Positions 18,838-29,079 of a DNA stretch of 64,000 bases are shown here, in pieces; positions within the stretch are counted from its first letter, which is position 1, and each line of letters begins with the position of its first letter. The position numbers and the translations under genes are program-made. The notes below the pieces were generated by a model. It saw only the letters and a program-made list of their open reading frames with translations. It was not told where the DNA came from and did no database searches. Source of the DNA: Treponemataceae bacterium (lineage in GTDB: Bacteria > Spirochaetota > Spirochaetia > Treponematales > Rectinemataceae); the NCBI GenBank assembly GCA_963667725.2, contig CAXXHO010000005.1, forward strand, positions 192,001-256,000, written 5' to 3'.

Positions 18838-19809
18838 TCACTTAATCGCCAGGATGGCGTCATAGAATTTTTTCACGTCGCCCTTGGCGTATTTGTTGAT
18901 GACGGGCTGGACTGCCTTGACGAAGGGTTCGGTGTCGAGGCTGTTGAAGACCATGCCCTTGGAGATGAGTTCGGCTTTGGCTTTTGCCTCGTTGCCTTTC
19001 TGGTCGAGTCCGAGCTTGTAGGCCGCGTCCGTGGCGGCTTTCTGGATGACGGCCTGATCCGCGGCGGGGAGCTTCTTGAACCAATCTCCCGAGGCCAGGA
19101 GCGTGGCCATGGCGAAGACATGTCCCGTCTCGGAGACATATTTCTGTACTTCGTTGATCTTGTAGTCGCGGGTAGTGATGATGGTGTTCTCATGACTGTT
19201 GACGGTGCCCTGCTGGAGCGCGGTGTAGACTTCGGACCATGCCATGGCCTGAGCGTTGGCGCCCATCGCCTTGAAGGCTTCGACGAGAACGGGGCTTTCG
19301 CTGATGCGCATCTTGAGACCCTTGAGGTCTTCGGGCTTGGTGATGGGGAATTTGGCGTTCGTCACGTGGCGGTAGCCGCGGGGCATCAGGGAGAGCGACT
19401 TCAGGCCGTACTGATCGGAGAGGTCGAGGAGATCCCTGGCTGTCTTGGAAGCGATGAATTTCTCGACATGGTCCCAGCTCCTGAACAGGAAGGGCATATC
19501 GAGGACGTTGATGGCGTTGATGAACTGGCTGGCGTCGCCAGAAGTGATGACGGCGAACTGGAGGTTGCCGGCCTGCATGGCTTCCATGAGGGGGCCGGAA
19601 TCGCCGAGCTGGCCGCCGCCATAGATGACGATCTTGTACCTGTTGCCGGTGCCGGCTTCGACCTGCGCCTTGAATTCCTTTGCCCAGTTGTCGTAGGCGG
19701 TGTTGGGCGCGGCGATGTGGCCGAGCTTGAGTTCCTTCTGGGCGAAAGCGCCGGCGGTTGCGCCGAACATCATAGCGGCGACGAGCAGAGCGATAATCCC
19801 TTTCTTCAT
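18838..19809 (-). CDS. dctP: TRAP transporter substrate-binding protein
   Basis: Signal peptide; GGQLG, DLKGLKMR, EVYTALQQG. Confidence 0.94.
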   Translation of the reverse strand: MKKGIIALLVAAMMFGATAGAFAQKELKLGHIAAPNTAYDNWAKEFKAQVEAGTGNRYKIVIYGGGQLGDSGPLMEAMQAGNLQFAVITSGDASQFINAINVLDMPFLFRSWDHVEKFIASKTARDLLDLSDQYGLKSLSLMPRGYRHVTNAKFPITKPEDLKGLKMRISESPVLVEAFKAMGANAQAMAWSEVYTALQQGTVNSHENTIITTRDYKINEVQKYVSETGHVFAMATLLASGDWFKKLPAADQAVIQKAATDAAYKLGLDQKGNEAKAKAELISKGMVFNSLDTEPFVKAVQPVINKYAKGDVKKFYDAILAIK

Positions 19810-19835
19810 GATGATCCTCCTTGAATACCTTAAAT

Positions 19836-19852
19836 GTGCCACTATGTAGCAC
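19836..19852. promoter_or_regulatory. Second copy of the putative IclR operator, upstream of dctP
   Basis: GTGCCACTATGTAGCAC, 14/17 identical to the palindrome at 23513. Confidence 0.6.
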
Positions 19853-19909
19853 ATTGTTCACATACAAAGTCGCGGACCGACAGGTTTTCCCGCCGTCGCC
19901 TCGCTCAGC

Positions 19910-20935
19910 TCAGACCGTCTTTCCCGCGGCCTTGGCTAAGTCGTAGGCCACCTGGATGATCCAGTCTTCCTGACCGCCCACGGCCTTGCGTTTCCCAAGC
20001 TCGATGAGGACGTCGCGCACGTCGACGCCGAAACGCTCGGCGCCCTTCTTAGCGTGGAGCATGAAGCTGGAATAGACGCCCGCGTAGCCCATGATAAGGG
20101 AGTTGGAATCGTGCCGAGGGAGAGGTTTGCCCTTCGCCGCCACGAGGGGGAGGAGGACTTTCTCCGCCGCGTCCATCGTTTTGAAAAGGTCGGCGGCCAC
20201 ATCGGCGCCGGACTTCTTCAGTGCGCCTACAAGCATCTCAGTGGCCGCGTTGCCGGCCCCGGCGCCCATGCCTCCCAGGGAACCGTCGATGTAGGTGGCT
20301 CCGGCCTTGACGGCGGCGAGCGAATTGGCGACGGCGCAGCCCAGGTTGTCGTGGGCATGGTGGCCGACGGGAATCTTGAGCGCGGCTTTCAGGGCCGCGA
20401 CGCGTTCGCCTACCTGGTCGGGCAGAAGGGCTCCTGCCGAATCCGTGGCGTAGACGACGTCGGCGCCGTAGGATTCCATGATGAGGGCCTGCTCCACGAG
20501 CTTGGCCGTGTCGGCCATATGGGCCATCATGAGGAAGCCCACGACGAACATGCCCATTTTCTTGGCCGCTTTGATGTACTCTTCGGAAACGTCGGCTTCG
20601 GTGACGTGGGTAGCCACGCGCACGACGCTGGCGCCCCGGCGCTGGGCTTCCTCGAGGAGATCGAGGGTGGCGATGCCGGGCACGAGGAGGACGGCGATTT
20701 TAGCCTTCTTCACTACCCTGGCCGCCGCCTGGATGAGGTCGAGCTCATTTTCGAGTGAAAAGCCGTAGGTGAGGGAAGCGCCGCCGAGACCGTCGCCGTG
20801 GTTCACCTCGATGATGTCGACGCCGGCATCGTCGAGGGCAGCCGCTACTTTGGCCACATCGGCGCTCGTATACTGATGCGAGACGGAGTGGCTGCCGTCC
20901 CTCAGGCTCGTGTCGGTGATATAGACTTTGCTCAT
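19910..20935 (-). CDS. dmpG: 4-hydroxy-2-oxovalerate aldolase
   Basis: [38 protein letters not shown]. Confidence 0.95.
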   Translation of the reverse strand: MSKVYITDTSLRDGSHSVSHQYTSADVAKVAAALDDAGVDIIEVNHGDGLGGASLTYGFSLENELDLIQAAARVVKKAKIAVLLVPGIATLDLLEEAQRRGASVVRVATHVTEADVSEEYIKAAKKMGMFVVGFLMMAHMADTAKLVEQALIMESYGADVVYATDSAGALLPDQVGERVAALKAALKIPVGHHAHDNLGCAVANSLAAVKAGATYIDGSLGGMGAGAGNAATEMLVGALKKSGADVAADLFKTMDAAEKVLLPLVAAKGKPLPRHDSNSLIMGYAGVYSSFMLHAKKGAERFGVDVRDVLIELGKRKAVGGQEDWIIQVAYDLAKAAGKTV

Positions 20936-21807
20936 CGTTTGCCTTCCTGAATGCGTTGGGCGAATTTCTCCGCCACCGCCACCGCGGCCGCGTTGATGAT
21001 GTCCAGGTTGCCCGTATGCTTGGGCAGGAAATCGCCCAGGCCTTCCACTTCGATGACGGTGGTGACCGTATCGCCCTGGAGGATGGGTTCGACGAGGAAG
21101 CGGTAGCCGGGAACGTAAGTTTTTACGTCGGCGAGAATTAGATCTATCGAGGCTCGGATGGCCGTCAGGTCGGGCCTGCGAACCCTGCAGAGGATGGTGT
21201 TGCGCATCAGGATGGGGGGATCGGCGGGATTGAGGACGATGATGGCCTTGGCCTGGTCGGCGCCGCCGATGACCTTGAGCGCCTTCGTCGTCGTCTCGAT
21301 GAACTCATTGAGGTTCTGCCTTGTTCCCGGCCCCGCGCTCCTGGAGGAGATCGAGGAGACGACTTCCGCGTAATAGACGTCTGCGGCGCGGTTGATGGCG
21401 TACACGATGGGCGAGGTGGCCTGTCCGGCGCAGGTGACCATGTTGACGTTGTCGAGCTTGAATATTTCCTCGCTGAGATTGACCGAGGGCACGACATAGG
21501 GGCCAATGGCGGCAGGGGTCAGGTCGATGGCGATCTTACCAGCGGCCTTGAGCCTGGGCGCATGGATGAGGTGGGGTCCTGCCCCGGTGGCGTCGAACAC
21601 TATCCTTATGTCATCCACCGCAAGCATCTCGTCGATGCCTTTGATGGTCGTGGGGATGCCGAAACCCTTGGCGATCTCAATGCCGGGGGATTCCTTGACG
21701 CCCACCACATAGGCTACTTCGAGGAAGGGACTCCTCCTCAGCTTGACGAGAAGGTCGGTGCCGATATTGCCGGGGCCGATGATGGCCGCCTTGATCTTTT
21801 GTGCCAT
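20932..21807 (-). CDS. dmpF: Acetaldehyde dehydrogenase (acylating)
   Basis: [45 protein letters not shown]. Confidence 0.95.
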   Translation of the reverse strand: MAQKIKAAIIGPGNIGTDLLVKLRRSPFLEVAYVVGVKESPGIEIAKGFGIPTTIKGIDEMLAVDDIRIVFDATGAGPHLIHAPRLKAAGKIAIDLTPAAIGPYVVPSVNLSEEIFKLDNVNMVTCAGQATSPIVYAINRAADVYYAEVVSSISSRSAGPGTRQNLNEFIETTTKALKVIGGADQAKAIIVLNPADPPILMRNTILCRVRRPDLTAIRASIDLILADVKTYVPGYRFLVEPILQGDTVTTVIEVEGLGDFLPKHTGNLDIINAAAVAVAEKFAQRIQEGKR

Positions 21808-21820
21808 TGTTCCTTTCCTT

Positions 21821-22609
21821 TTAATAGAAAGCGATTTCGACGGAGCCGAGCGTCGAATAATCCGCCCTGAAGCGATCGCCCTTGCCGGCGCTTATGGCCG
21901 CGGAAAGTGCCCCAGAAAGAATCACTTCGCCCTTTTTGAGCATGGTGCCGTACTTCCTCATGGAATTGGCCAGCCAGGCCACGCAGTAGGCGGGATCGCC
22001 AAGGACGTCGGTGCCTTTGCCGCCATTCTTGCGTTCGTCATTCAGGGAAAAATCCATAACCTCGGCCTTGAGGTCGATTTCGGCGATCTTCTTCCGCACC
22101 CTGCCCAGCACGTACCTGCCCGAGGACGCGTTGTCGGAGACCGTGTCGCAGTAGCCGATCTTCCAGTTGCCGATGCGGCTGTCCACGATCTCGAGAGCCG
22201 CGACGACGTAGTCGGTCGCGGCGAGCACATCGGCCGCCGTGATCTCGCCGGCCATATCGAGGTCGCGGGCGAGGACAAAGGCGATCTCCGCCTCCACCTT
22301 GGGCTGGACCATGGTGGCGCGCTCGATCCGTTCGCCCGCCGCTTCCATGTCGGAGAAGAGGTGGCCGAAATCGGGCGTTGTGACGCCGAACATGTCCTGC
22401 ATGGGCTTGGAGGTGAGGCCGATCTTCTTGCCGGATATCTTTCTGCCCACGGCCAGCGCTCGCTCAACATTGCGCATCTGCACGGCATAGGCGTCGTCGA
22501 CGTCGATGGCCGGGTAGGTAACGGTAAGTTTCTCGATGGGGACGCAGGTCCTGGAAGCGGCGTCGAGGGCGTCGGCGGCCGCGACGATTTCAGCTGGTGC
22601 GAGAGCCAT
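21821..22609 (-). CDS. mhpD: 2-keto-4-pentenoate hydratase
   Basis: [36 protein letters not shown]. Confidence 0.92.
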   Translation of the reverse strand: MALAPAEIVAAADALDAASRTCVPIEKLTVTYPAIDVDDAYAVQMRNVERALAVGRKISGKKIGLTSKPMQDMFGVTTPDFGHLFSDMEAAGERIERATMVQPKVEAEIAFVLARDLDMAGEITAADVLAATDYVVAALEIVDSRIGNWKIGYCDTVSDNASSGRYVLGRVRKKIAEIDLKAEVMDFSLNDERKNGGKGTDVLGDPAYCVAWLANSMRKYGTMLKKGEVILSGALSAAISAGKGDRFRADYSTLGSVEIAFY

Positions 22610-23448
22610 CAGAAGACTCCCGCGAGGAAGGACTCGACCACGGCGCAGAAGCGCGCGTTCTGCTCGATCTGGGTCCAGTGGCCGCAGTTGCCGAACATGT
22701 GAAGCTGGGCATTGGGGATGAGCCTGAAAAGCATCTGGGAAGTCTCGACGGGAATTACCTGATCCTCCCGCCCGTGGATGATGAGTGTGTCGTGCTTGAT
22801 GGATGCTATGTCGGCCGAGGCGCAGGCCATGGCGTCCACGCTGCGCTGGCGAGGCGCCGGGAACATGGAGCCGAAGCTTTCCTGATAGCCAGGACGGATC
22901 GAGGCTTCGTAGCGCATCTTCACCAGATCCGGCGTGATGATAGCCTTGTTCGAGACGAAGTGATTGAGGGCTTCGGACATGGCCTCATAGGAAGGCTCAT
23001 AGCCCCAGACCTTGTCGAGCCACTCGGTGATGGGGAACTGGACGCCCATGGCTCCCATGAGGACGACCTTGCGGATGCGCTCGGGATAGTGGATGGCCAT
23101 GTAGAGGGCGAGGCCTCCCCCGAAGGAATTGCCCACCAGGTCGACCTTGTCCAGCTTCATGGCGTCGAGAAAATCCTTGAGCTGCTTGCCCCATACGTCC
23201 ATGTTGAACTGTATGCCAGTGGGCCGCTCGGTGTAACCGAAACCGATCATGTCCAGGGCGATGACCCTGCGGGTGGCAGCGAGCTTGGGAAGAACGAGGC
23301 GCCAGTTGGCCCAGGCGGTCACGCCGGGTCCGGAACCGTGGACGAAGACGACGGGATCGCCTGAACCCATGTCGTGATAATTGACGGCGATGCCGCCCGC
23401 CTGGATAGTCTTTCCGATCTCAGGATTGCCCTGTTTCTGTTCTGCCAT
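22609..23448 (-). CDS. Meta-cleavage product hydrolase (2-hydroxymuconic semialdehyde hydrolase family)
   Basis: HGSGPGVTAWANW, GNSFGG, HGRED, CGHWTQIE. Confidence 0.92.
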   Translation of the reverse strand: MAEQKQGNPEIGKTIQAGGIAVNYHDMGSGDPVVFVHGSGPGVTAWANWRLVLPKLAATRRVIALDMIGFGYTERPTGIQFNMDVWGKQLKDFLDAMKLDKVDLVGNSFGGGLALYMAIHYPERIRKVVLMGAMGVQFPITEWLDKVWGYEPSYEAMSEALNHFVSNKAIITPDLVKMRYEASIRPGYQESFGSMFPAPRQRSVDAMACASADIASIKHDTLIIHGREDQVIPVETSQMLFRLIPNAQLHMFGNCGHWTQIEQNARFCAVVESFLAGVF

Positions 23449-23512
23449 AACAACATCCTCCCAACGGGATTTTCCCGCATTGATTTGCTATTTGCTTTAC
23501 GGTATTCTTATC

Positions 23513-23578
23513 GTGCTACATTGTAGCACACCGTTCTTATATATAAACATGATAATAGCCCTTTCTCGAACCTGTCAA
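23513..23578 (-). promoter_or_regulatory. sigma70 promoter and palindromic operator of the meta-pathway operon
   Basis: Minus strand TTGACA (23573-78)-18 nt-TATCAT (23549-54); palindrome GTGCTACA-T-TGTAGCAC at 23513-23529. Confidence 0.7.
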
Positions 23579-23595
23579 GCGGGATTTTTCAACTA

Positions 23596-24390
23596 TCAGC
23601 TAGATTTATAGCCGAGGGCTCTCGAGATGGCCTTCGCGGCCTCGCTGACCGCGCGATCGACGAAGGCTACCCTTTCCGGATCCGATCGGATCGTGGGGGC
23701 TGAAACGCTGATGGCCGCGCATACGAGCCCGCTGCTGTCCCGCAGAGGCGAGGCGGAGCAGACGAGCCCTTCGGCGAATTCCTCGTCGTCGCGGGCTCTG
23801 TCCTCCCTGCGGACTCTGGCGAGCTCCGCCTTGAAAGCTTCCGGATCGACAATCGTCTTGCTGGTCCGCGCCAGAAGGCCGTGACCTATGACGCGCTCAA
23901 TCTCCGTCGCCGGCTGGAAGGCGAGGAGGCACTTCCCTACCCCGGTGCAGTAGGAGGGATTTCTCTTTCCGACGAATGATGAAATCTTGAGAGTGTTGTC
24001 GGCCTCCACCTTGTCGATATAGACAACTTCGCCCCTGTCGTACACGGCGAGATGAGCCGTTTCCCCGAGCTGATCCACCAGGCCGCTGAGAACCGGATGG
24101 GCGACGCCCGCGACATCGAAGCCGGCGAGCTTGGCGTTGCCCAGCTCCAGCGTTCTCAAGCCCAGCCTGTATCTGCCGTTGTCGGGATTCTGTTCGACGT
24201 AGCCTCGGCGTTCCAGGGTGCACAAAAGCCCGAAAGCCGTGCTCTTATTGAGATGGAGTCCGCGGGCGATATCAGAGACACCGGCTTCGGGCCTGTCCTT
24301 CGAGAAATATTCGAGTATCGTCAGGGCGCGGTCGACCGACTGGATGAATCCCGAGGGTCGAGGAGCCACGTGTTCGGGTTTTATGGACAT
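23596..24390 (-). CDS. IclR-family transcriptional regulator
   Basis: IQSVDRAL.ILE, KSTA..LL.TL, GETAHL, CTGVGK, DDEE. Confidence 0.95.
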   Translation of the reverse strand: MSIKPEHVAPRPSGFIQSVDRALTILEYFSKDRPEAGVSDIARGLHLNKSTAFGLLCTLERRGYVEQNPDNGRYRLGLRTLELGNAKLAGFDVAGVAHPVLSGLVDQLGETAHLAVYDRGEVVYIDKVEADNTLKISSFVGKRNPSYCTGVGKCLLAFQPATEIERVIGHGLLARTSKTIVDPEAFKAELARVRREDRARDDEEFAEGLVCSASPLRDSSGLVCAAISVSAPTIRSDPERVAFVDRAVSEAAKAISRALGYKSS

Positions 24391-24462
24391 GAATCCATAA
24401 TAAATGGCGATCCGAGAGAATGTAAAGACGGATGCTTGCCAGGTTCAGCCAGCAAAAAAAAT

Positions 24463-24509
24463 TTGACAGAATCGCGGAGTGATGGTAGCATCTACCTGTA
24501 GTACAGGTA
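24463..24509 (+). promoter_or_regulatory. sigma70 promoter with FadR/GntR-type operator
   Basis: TTGACA (24463-68)-17 nt-TAGCAT (24486-91) with an extended TG; palindrome TACCTGTA-G-TACAGGTA at 24493-24509. Confidence 0.72.
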
Positions 24510-24543
24510 TACAAGGTGATTCGCTCAAGGAAAAGAAGGGAAA

Positions 24544-25332
24544 ATGGATAAAGCGAAAACTATATCGGAAGCCCTCGCCAGCGGAAAGCTCGTCATAGGC
24601 GGCCATGTCTTCCTCACCGATCCTTCCATCTCTGAAGCCATGGCAGGTTTCGGCTACGACTTTCTCTGGATAGACGCCGAGCACGGTCCTTTCGACAAAG
24701 AAAAGCTGCTCGCCCACATAGTAGCCGCGAACGGCGCCGGCGCCGCCGCCTTCGTCAGGGTTGCCGGCAACGATCCAATCCTGATCAAGCCAGTCCTCGA
24801 AATGGGCATAGACGGCATCATTATCCCCATGGTCTGCACGGCCGGCGAAGCGAAGAAGGCGGTCGAAGCCTGCCTCTACCCTCCCAGGGGCATCCGCGGA
24901 TTCGGCCCCAGAAGGGCGATACGCTACGGCATGATTCCCATGGACGAATACCTGTCCAAAGCTGACGAGTCCTTTCTCAGGATTGTCCAGATCGAGCATG
25001 TCGAGGCGGTGAACAATCTGCGCGAAATTCTCGCCGTCGATGGACTCGACGCCGTCATCATAGGCCCCAACGATCTCTCCGCTTCCATAGGCAAGCTGGG
25101 TCATCTAAGGGATCCCGAAGTCATCGCGCTCTATGAGAAGATCGTCCGCATCTGCAAGCAGGAGGGAAAGCCCTGCGGCGTCTCAATCGGCCCTGGGGAC
25201 AGAAAGTTCATCAGGGAGTGGATAGAGCGGGGCGTGGACTTCATATCCTGTGGCGATGACATCAGCTTCATGGCGATGGGCGCCGCGCAGACGATGGACT
25301 ATATCCGCGATTGCCCTCGGCAGTCGAAATAA
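24544..25332 (+). CDS. HpcH/HpaI-family class II aldolase
   Basis: WIDAEHG, FVRV, YPPRGIRG, VQIE, IGPNDLS. Confidence 0.92.
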   Translation: MDKAKTISEALASGKLVIGGHVFLTDPSISEAMAGFGYDFLWIDAEHGPFDKEKLLAHIVAANGAGAAAFVRVAGNDPILIKPVLEMGIDGIIIPMVCTAGEAKKAVEACLYPPRGIRGFGPRRAIRYGMIPMDEYLSKADESFLRIVQIEHVEAVNNLREILAVDGLDAVIIGPNDLSASIGKLGHLRDPEVIALYEKIVRICKQEGKPCGVSIGPGDRKFIREWIERGVDFISCGDDISFMAMGAAQTMDYIRDCPRQSK

Positions 25333-25367
25333 TAAAAGCGATCGAGACAAAAAAAGGAAAGGTCGGA

Positions 25368-26120
25368 GTGGAAAGTCCGAATTGGGAGATCAAGCGCACA
25401 AATCTCTACGAGCAGATCGCCGACGCGCTGGAGAACGCGATTCTTCAGACAGGGGTCAACGCGCTCGCGGAGGGGGATTCGCGCGGCGAGGACAAACTTC
25501 CCTCCGAACAGGCGCTCGCGGCCAAGTTCGGCGTCAGCCGAACGGTCATCCGCGAGGCGCTCAAACTGGTGAAGGAACGGGGCCTCGTCGAACAGCGCAC
25601 GGGCGAAGGCTCGTACATTACAAAACCGCGCCCCGACGCGGTATCGAGCGTCATGAGCCGCATGATCCTCATGGACAACATCGGCGACGATGAAATCGTC
25701 GCCGTAAGAGGCATCCTCGAGATCGCTTCCTGCCGCCTCGCCGCGGTAAATGCCGATGAAGCGGACATCGTGCAGATGCAGTCGACGCTCGACGCCATGA
25801 GAGAGCACTGGGACGACAACGAGGCAATGATACGGATGGATACCGACTTCCACATCGCCATGGCCAAGGCCAGCAAGAATAAGCTCCTCGGTATTCTCAT
25901 AGAAGCGATGACGGTGCTTATCCGCAAATTCATCCGTAAAAGCATCTATGCCCCAGGAGCGAAACCCGACGGCATGATGCGGCACGCGCTTATCATGGAC
26001 GCCATCAAGAGCCGCGACCCGGATGTGGCCGAGGCGGCAATACGAAATCACCTTGAAGTCTCGCGCCAGAATGTCGAATGGTTTACACTTCACTATGGTT
26101 CCAAGAGGACGGATGCCTAA
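25368..26120 (+). CDS. GntR/FadR-family regulator
   Basis: KLPSE..LA..FGVSRTVIREAL plus an FCD domain (D..FH); GTG start chosen. Confidence 0.92.
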   Translation: MESPNWEIKRTNLYEQIADALENAILQTGVNALAEGDSRGEDKLPSEQALAAKFGVSRTVIREALKLVKERGLVEQRTGEGSYITKPRPDAVSSVMSRMILMDNIGDDEIVAVRGILEIASCRLAAVNADEADIVQMQSTLDAMREHWDDNEAMIRMDTDFHIAMAKASKNKLLGILIEAMTVLIRKFIRKSIYAPGAKPDGMMRHALIMDAIKSRDPDVAEAAIRNHLEVSRQNVEWFTLHYGSKRTDA

Positions 26121-26159
26121 GGCGCCGCCCCAAGCAATATGTTTTCAGGAGGAGTCACG

Positions 26160-27155
26160 ATGAAAAAGCTGATGATCGCGCTCTTGGTCCTCGCGTTGGC
26201 GGGCAATGCGGTTTTTGCCCAGGCCGCCAAAAACAAGCCGGTGGAACTCGTCTATACAATGACCGCCGTGCCCACTGACGCCCATGCCGGGGCGATGCGG
26301 GTTTTCAAGGAAGTAGTCGAGAGAGTTTCCGCCGGAAACATCAAGGTTAAGACCTACGATTCCGCCTCGCTCTTTAAGCAGGAACAGGAAGTCTCGGCCG
26401 TCAAGTCCGGACAGGCTGACATCACCGCGACCGCCGCTCCCTGGCTCACCGACGGTTCGCCCTGGCTTTCGATGTTCACGGCCGGCTACATGTTCAAGAG
26501 CTATGACCACATGACGAAAGTGCTCAACGGCGAGATCGGCAAGCAGGCATTCGAACGCGTGGCCAAGGAACAGGGCATCCGTCCCCTCGGCGCCCAGTAT
26601 CTCGGCACCCGCCAGCTCAACATGGTCAAGGACGTATGGATCAAGACTCCGGACGATCTCAAGGGCGTTAAGCTCAGAATGCCCAATTCCGATTCCTGGA
26701 TATTCCTCGGAAAGGCACTCGGCGCCAATCCCACGCCCATTTCCTTCTCGGAACTGTACATGGCGCTGCAGACCAAGACCGTCGACGGACAGGACAATCC
26801 CCTGCCCAGCACCAAAAACGCGAAATTCTATGAAGTGACGAAGTCCATCACTATCACCAACCATATCGTCGACTCCGTATGGCCGGCCATCAACGAAGCC
26901 AAGTGGCAATCCCTGACCGACCAGCAGAAGGGCTGGGTCATGGAAGGCGTAAAAGCAGGCATCAAGTACTGCGACGACACCAACCTGAAAGCGGAAGCCG
27001 AACTCGTCGCCTTCTTTGAGAAGGCCGGTCTCAAGGTCTACAAGGCTGACATCGACGCATTCAGCAAGTATGTACTCGACCAGTATCTTAATTCCCCATA
27101 CGCCAAGAAATGGGACATGGATCTTTTCAAGAGAATCCAGGCTGCCGCTAATTAA
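26160..27155 (+). CDS. dctP: TRAP transporter substrate-binding protein (sugar-acid type)
   Basis: Signal peptide; DLKGVKLRMP, ELYMALQ, DGQDNP; AGGAGG RBS. Confidence 0.93.
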   Translation: MKKLMIALLVLALAGNAVFAQAAKNKPVELVYTMTAVPTDAHAGAMRVFKEVVERVSAGNIKVKTYDSASLFKQEQEVSAVKSGQADITATAAPWLTDGSPWLSMFTAGYMFKSYDHMTKVLNGEIGKQAFERVAKEQGIRPLGAQYLGTRQLNMVKDVWIKTPDDLKGVKLRMPNSDSWIFLGKALGANPTPISFSELYMALQTKTVDGQDNPLPSTKNAKFYEVTKSITITNHIVDSVWPAINEAKWQSLTDQQKGWVMEGVKAGIKYCDDTNLKAEAELVAFFEKAGLKVYKADIDAFSKYVLDQYLNSPYAKKWDMDLFKRIQAAAN

Positions 27156-27181
27156 GGTTCGGGAGAGAAATCTCGCATAGT

Positions 27182-27242
27182 CGGAAAGAGGGAGGATGTT
27201 CATCCGGGCATCTTGTCCGGATGGGGGCCCTCCCTCTTTCCG
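27182..27242 (+). other. Long intercistronic hairpin after dctP
   Basis: CGGAAAGAGGGAGG...CATCCGG...CCGGATG...CCTCCCTCTTTCCG. Confidence 0.6.
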
Positions 27243-27262
27243 TAATTCGCGGAGGAATATTC

Positions 27263-27781
27263 GTGAAAAAGCTGCTGTTCGCCGTTAGGGACATTTTCGA
27301 AATATATGTTCCCGCCATCGCCTTCCTGACGATGTTCGTCTCTTTCATTATGCAGGTCTTCAGCCGCTATGTTATAAACATGCCGCTGACCTGGACCCAG
27401 GACCTCATCGTCATGGGGTTCGTCTGGACCGTGCTTTTCGGCGCATGCTACACCATGAGGGCGCGCCGGCACGTCAAGTTCACCATGGTGTACGACAAGC
27501 TCAACCCCCGTCCTGCGGCGCTTTCTCGCCTTGCGGGCAACGCGATCATCGTTTTGACCTTTCTGATGCTGATCATCCCTTCGTGGAAATATGCCTTTTT
27601 CCTGTATTTCCAGAAGACAGCCGTTCTGCGGATCAATTACACGTATATTTTCCTCCCTTTTGTCTATCTGGCCATTTCAGTCATCGTCTATACCATCGAG
27701 GAAATGATCGAAGACATTAAGGTACTGCGCGGCAAGCTTGCCGATTCCAGGGATCACATGCAGGAGGAGTTCATAAAATGA
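27263..27781 (+). CDS. dctQ: TRAP transporter small permease
   Basis: Four TM segments, QVFSRY, WTQD, HV; GGAGG before the GTG start. Confidence 0.9.
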   Translation: MKKLLFAVRDIFEIYVPAIAFLTMFVSFIMQVFSRYVINMPLTWTQDLIVMGFVWTVLFGACYTMRARRHVKFTMVYDKLNPRPAALSRLAGNAIIVLTFLMLIIPSWKYAFFLYFQKTAVLRINYTYIFLPFVYLAISVIVYTIEEMIEDIKVLRGKLADSRDHMQEEFIK

Positions 27782-29070
27782 GCGCAGCCCTTCTCGTCGC
27801 CTTGATCATATTCGTCCTCATTTTCCTGCTCCGGATGCCTATAGCATTCGGTATGATTTCCTCCGCCGTCGCCTATCTTCTCATAAAGGGCCAGGATTTG
27901 GGGCTCGTAGCCAACCAGATCGTCAACACCTATTATACGAATTACGTGATCATCGCGGTTCCCCTGTTCATGTTCACCGCCAATGTGATGAACTCGGGCA
28001 AAGTGACCGACATGATCTTCAATTTTTCCAACGCGTTGTGCGGCAGAATGCGGGGAGCGCTCGGGCACGTCAACATCCTCGGTTCCCTAATCTTTTCGGG
28101 CATGACGGGATCGGCCATCGCCGACGCGGCGGGACTTGGGAAGATCGAGCTCCAAGCCATGAAGTCGAACGGTTTCGATGATTCCTTCTCCTGCGCCATC
28201 ACCGCCGCGTCATCCACGCTCGGGCCGATTTTTCCGCCGAGCATACCGCTCGTAATCTACGCCATGCTGTCGGGAACCTCAGTCGGCGCCTTGTTCATGG
28301 GAGGCATGGTCCCGGCGATTCTTCTCACGGTTGCCTTGATGGTCTATGTCGCCATTGTTTCAAAGGTAAGAAATTACCCGCGCGGCCCGCAGTTCAAACT
28401 GAAGGCGTTCATCGCGCTCACGATCCAGGCACTCCCATCCCTCCTCACGCCGGTAATCCTTCTCACCGGCATTTATACTGGCGTCATGACTCCTACCGAA
28501 GCGGGCGCCATTGCCGGCCTGTACGCCATTCTGATCTCCATCTTCGCGTACAAATCGCTCAGTCCGAAAGAATTCTGGAAAGTGGTCAAGACTACCATCC
28601 AGGATGTCGGCGCAACCAGCATCATCATCGGAGCAGCTGCCATAATCTCCTATGTCGTGGCGAGAGAAGATATTTCGACAGGACTGGCGAAATGGATAAT
28701 GGGCATATCGAGCAACAAGAACTTCTTCCTCTTCCTCGTGAATATCGTAATCCTGCTGCTCGGCATGTTCATCGACACTTCCACGATCCAGCTAATTTTC
28801 GTCCCCATCCTCTTCCCCGTGGCAAGGGCGCTGGGCATCGATATGGTCCACTTCGGCCTCGTCGTCACCTTCAATATGATGATAGGCCTCTCTACGCCGC
28901 CCTTCGGCATGCTGCTTTTCATCACATCCTCGATTTCCGGCACGCCACTGAAGGACATCGTCAAGGAAATTTTCTGGCCACTTCTCGCGATGATAATCGT
29001 GCTGCTGGTCATCACCTACATCCCGGACACTGTGCTCTTCCTGCCCAGGGCCGCGGGTTTGCTTAAATAG
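27778..29070 (+). CDS. dctM: TRAP transporter large permease
   Basis: AVPLF, GSAIADAAG, PIFPPS, TPTEA, TPPFG. Confidence 0.95.
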   Translation: MSAALLVALIIFVLIFLLRMPIAFGMISSAVAYLLIKGQDLGLVANQIVNTYYTNYVIIAVPLFMFTANVMNSGKVTDMIFNFSNALCGRMRGALGHVNILGSLIFSGMTGSAIADAAGLGKIELQAMKSNGFDDSFSCAITAASSTLGPIFPPSIPLVIYAMLSGTSVGALFMGGMVPAILLTVALMVYVAIVSKVRNYPRGPQFKLKAFIALTIQALPSLLTPVILLTGIYTGVMTPTEAGAIAGLYAILISIFAYKSLSPKEFWKVVKTTIQDVGATSIIIGAAAIISYVVAREDISTGLAKWIMGISSNKNFFLFLVNIVILLLGMFIDTSTIQLIFVPILFPVARALGIDMVHFGLVVTFNMMIGLSTPPFGMLLFITSSISGTPLKDIVKEIFWPLLAMIIVLLVITYIPDTVLFLPRAAGLLK

Positions 29071-29079
29071 GAGAAATCA

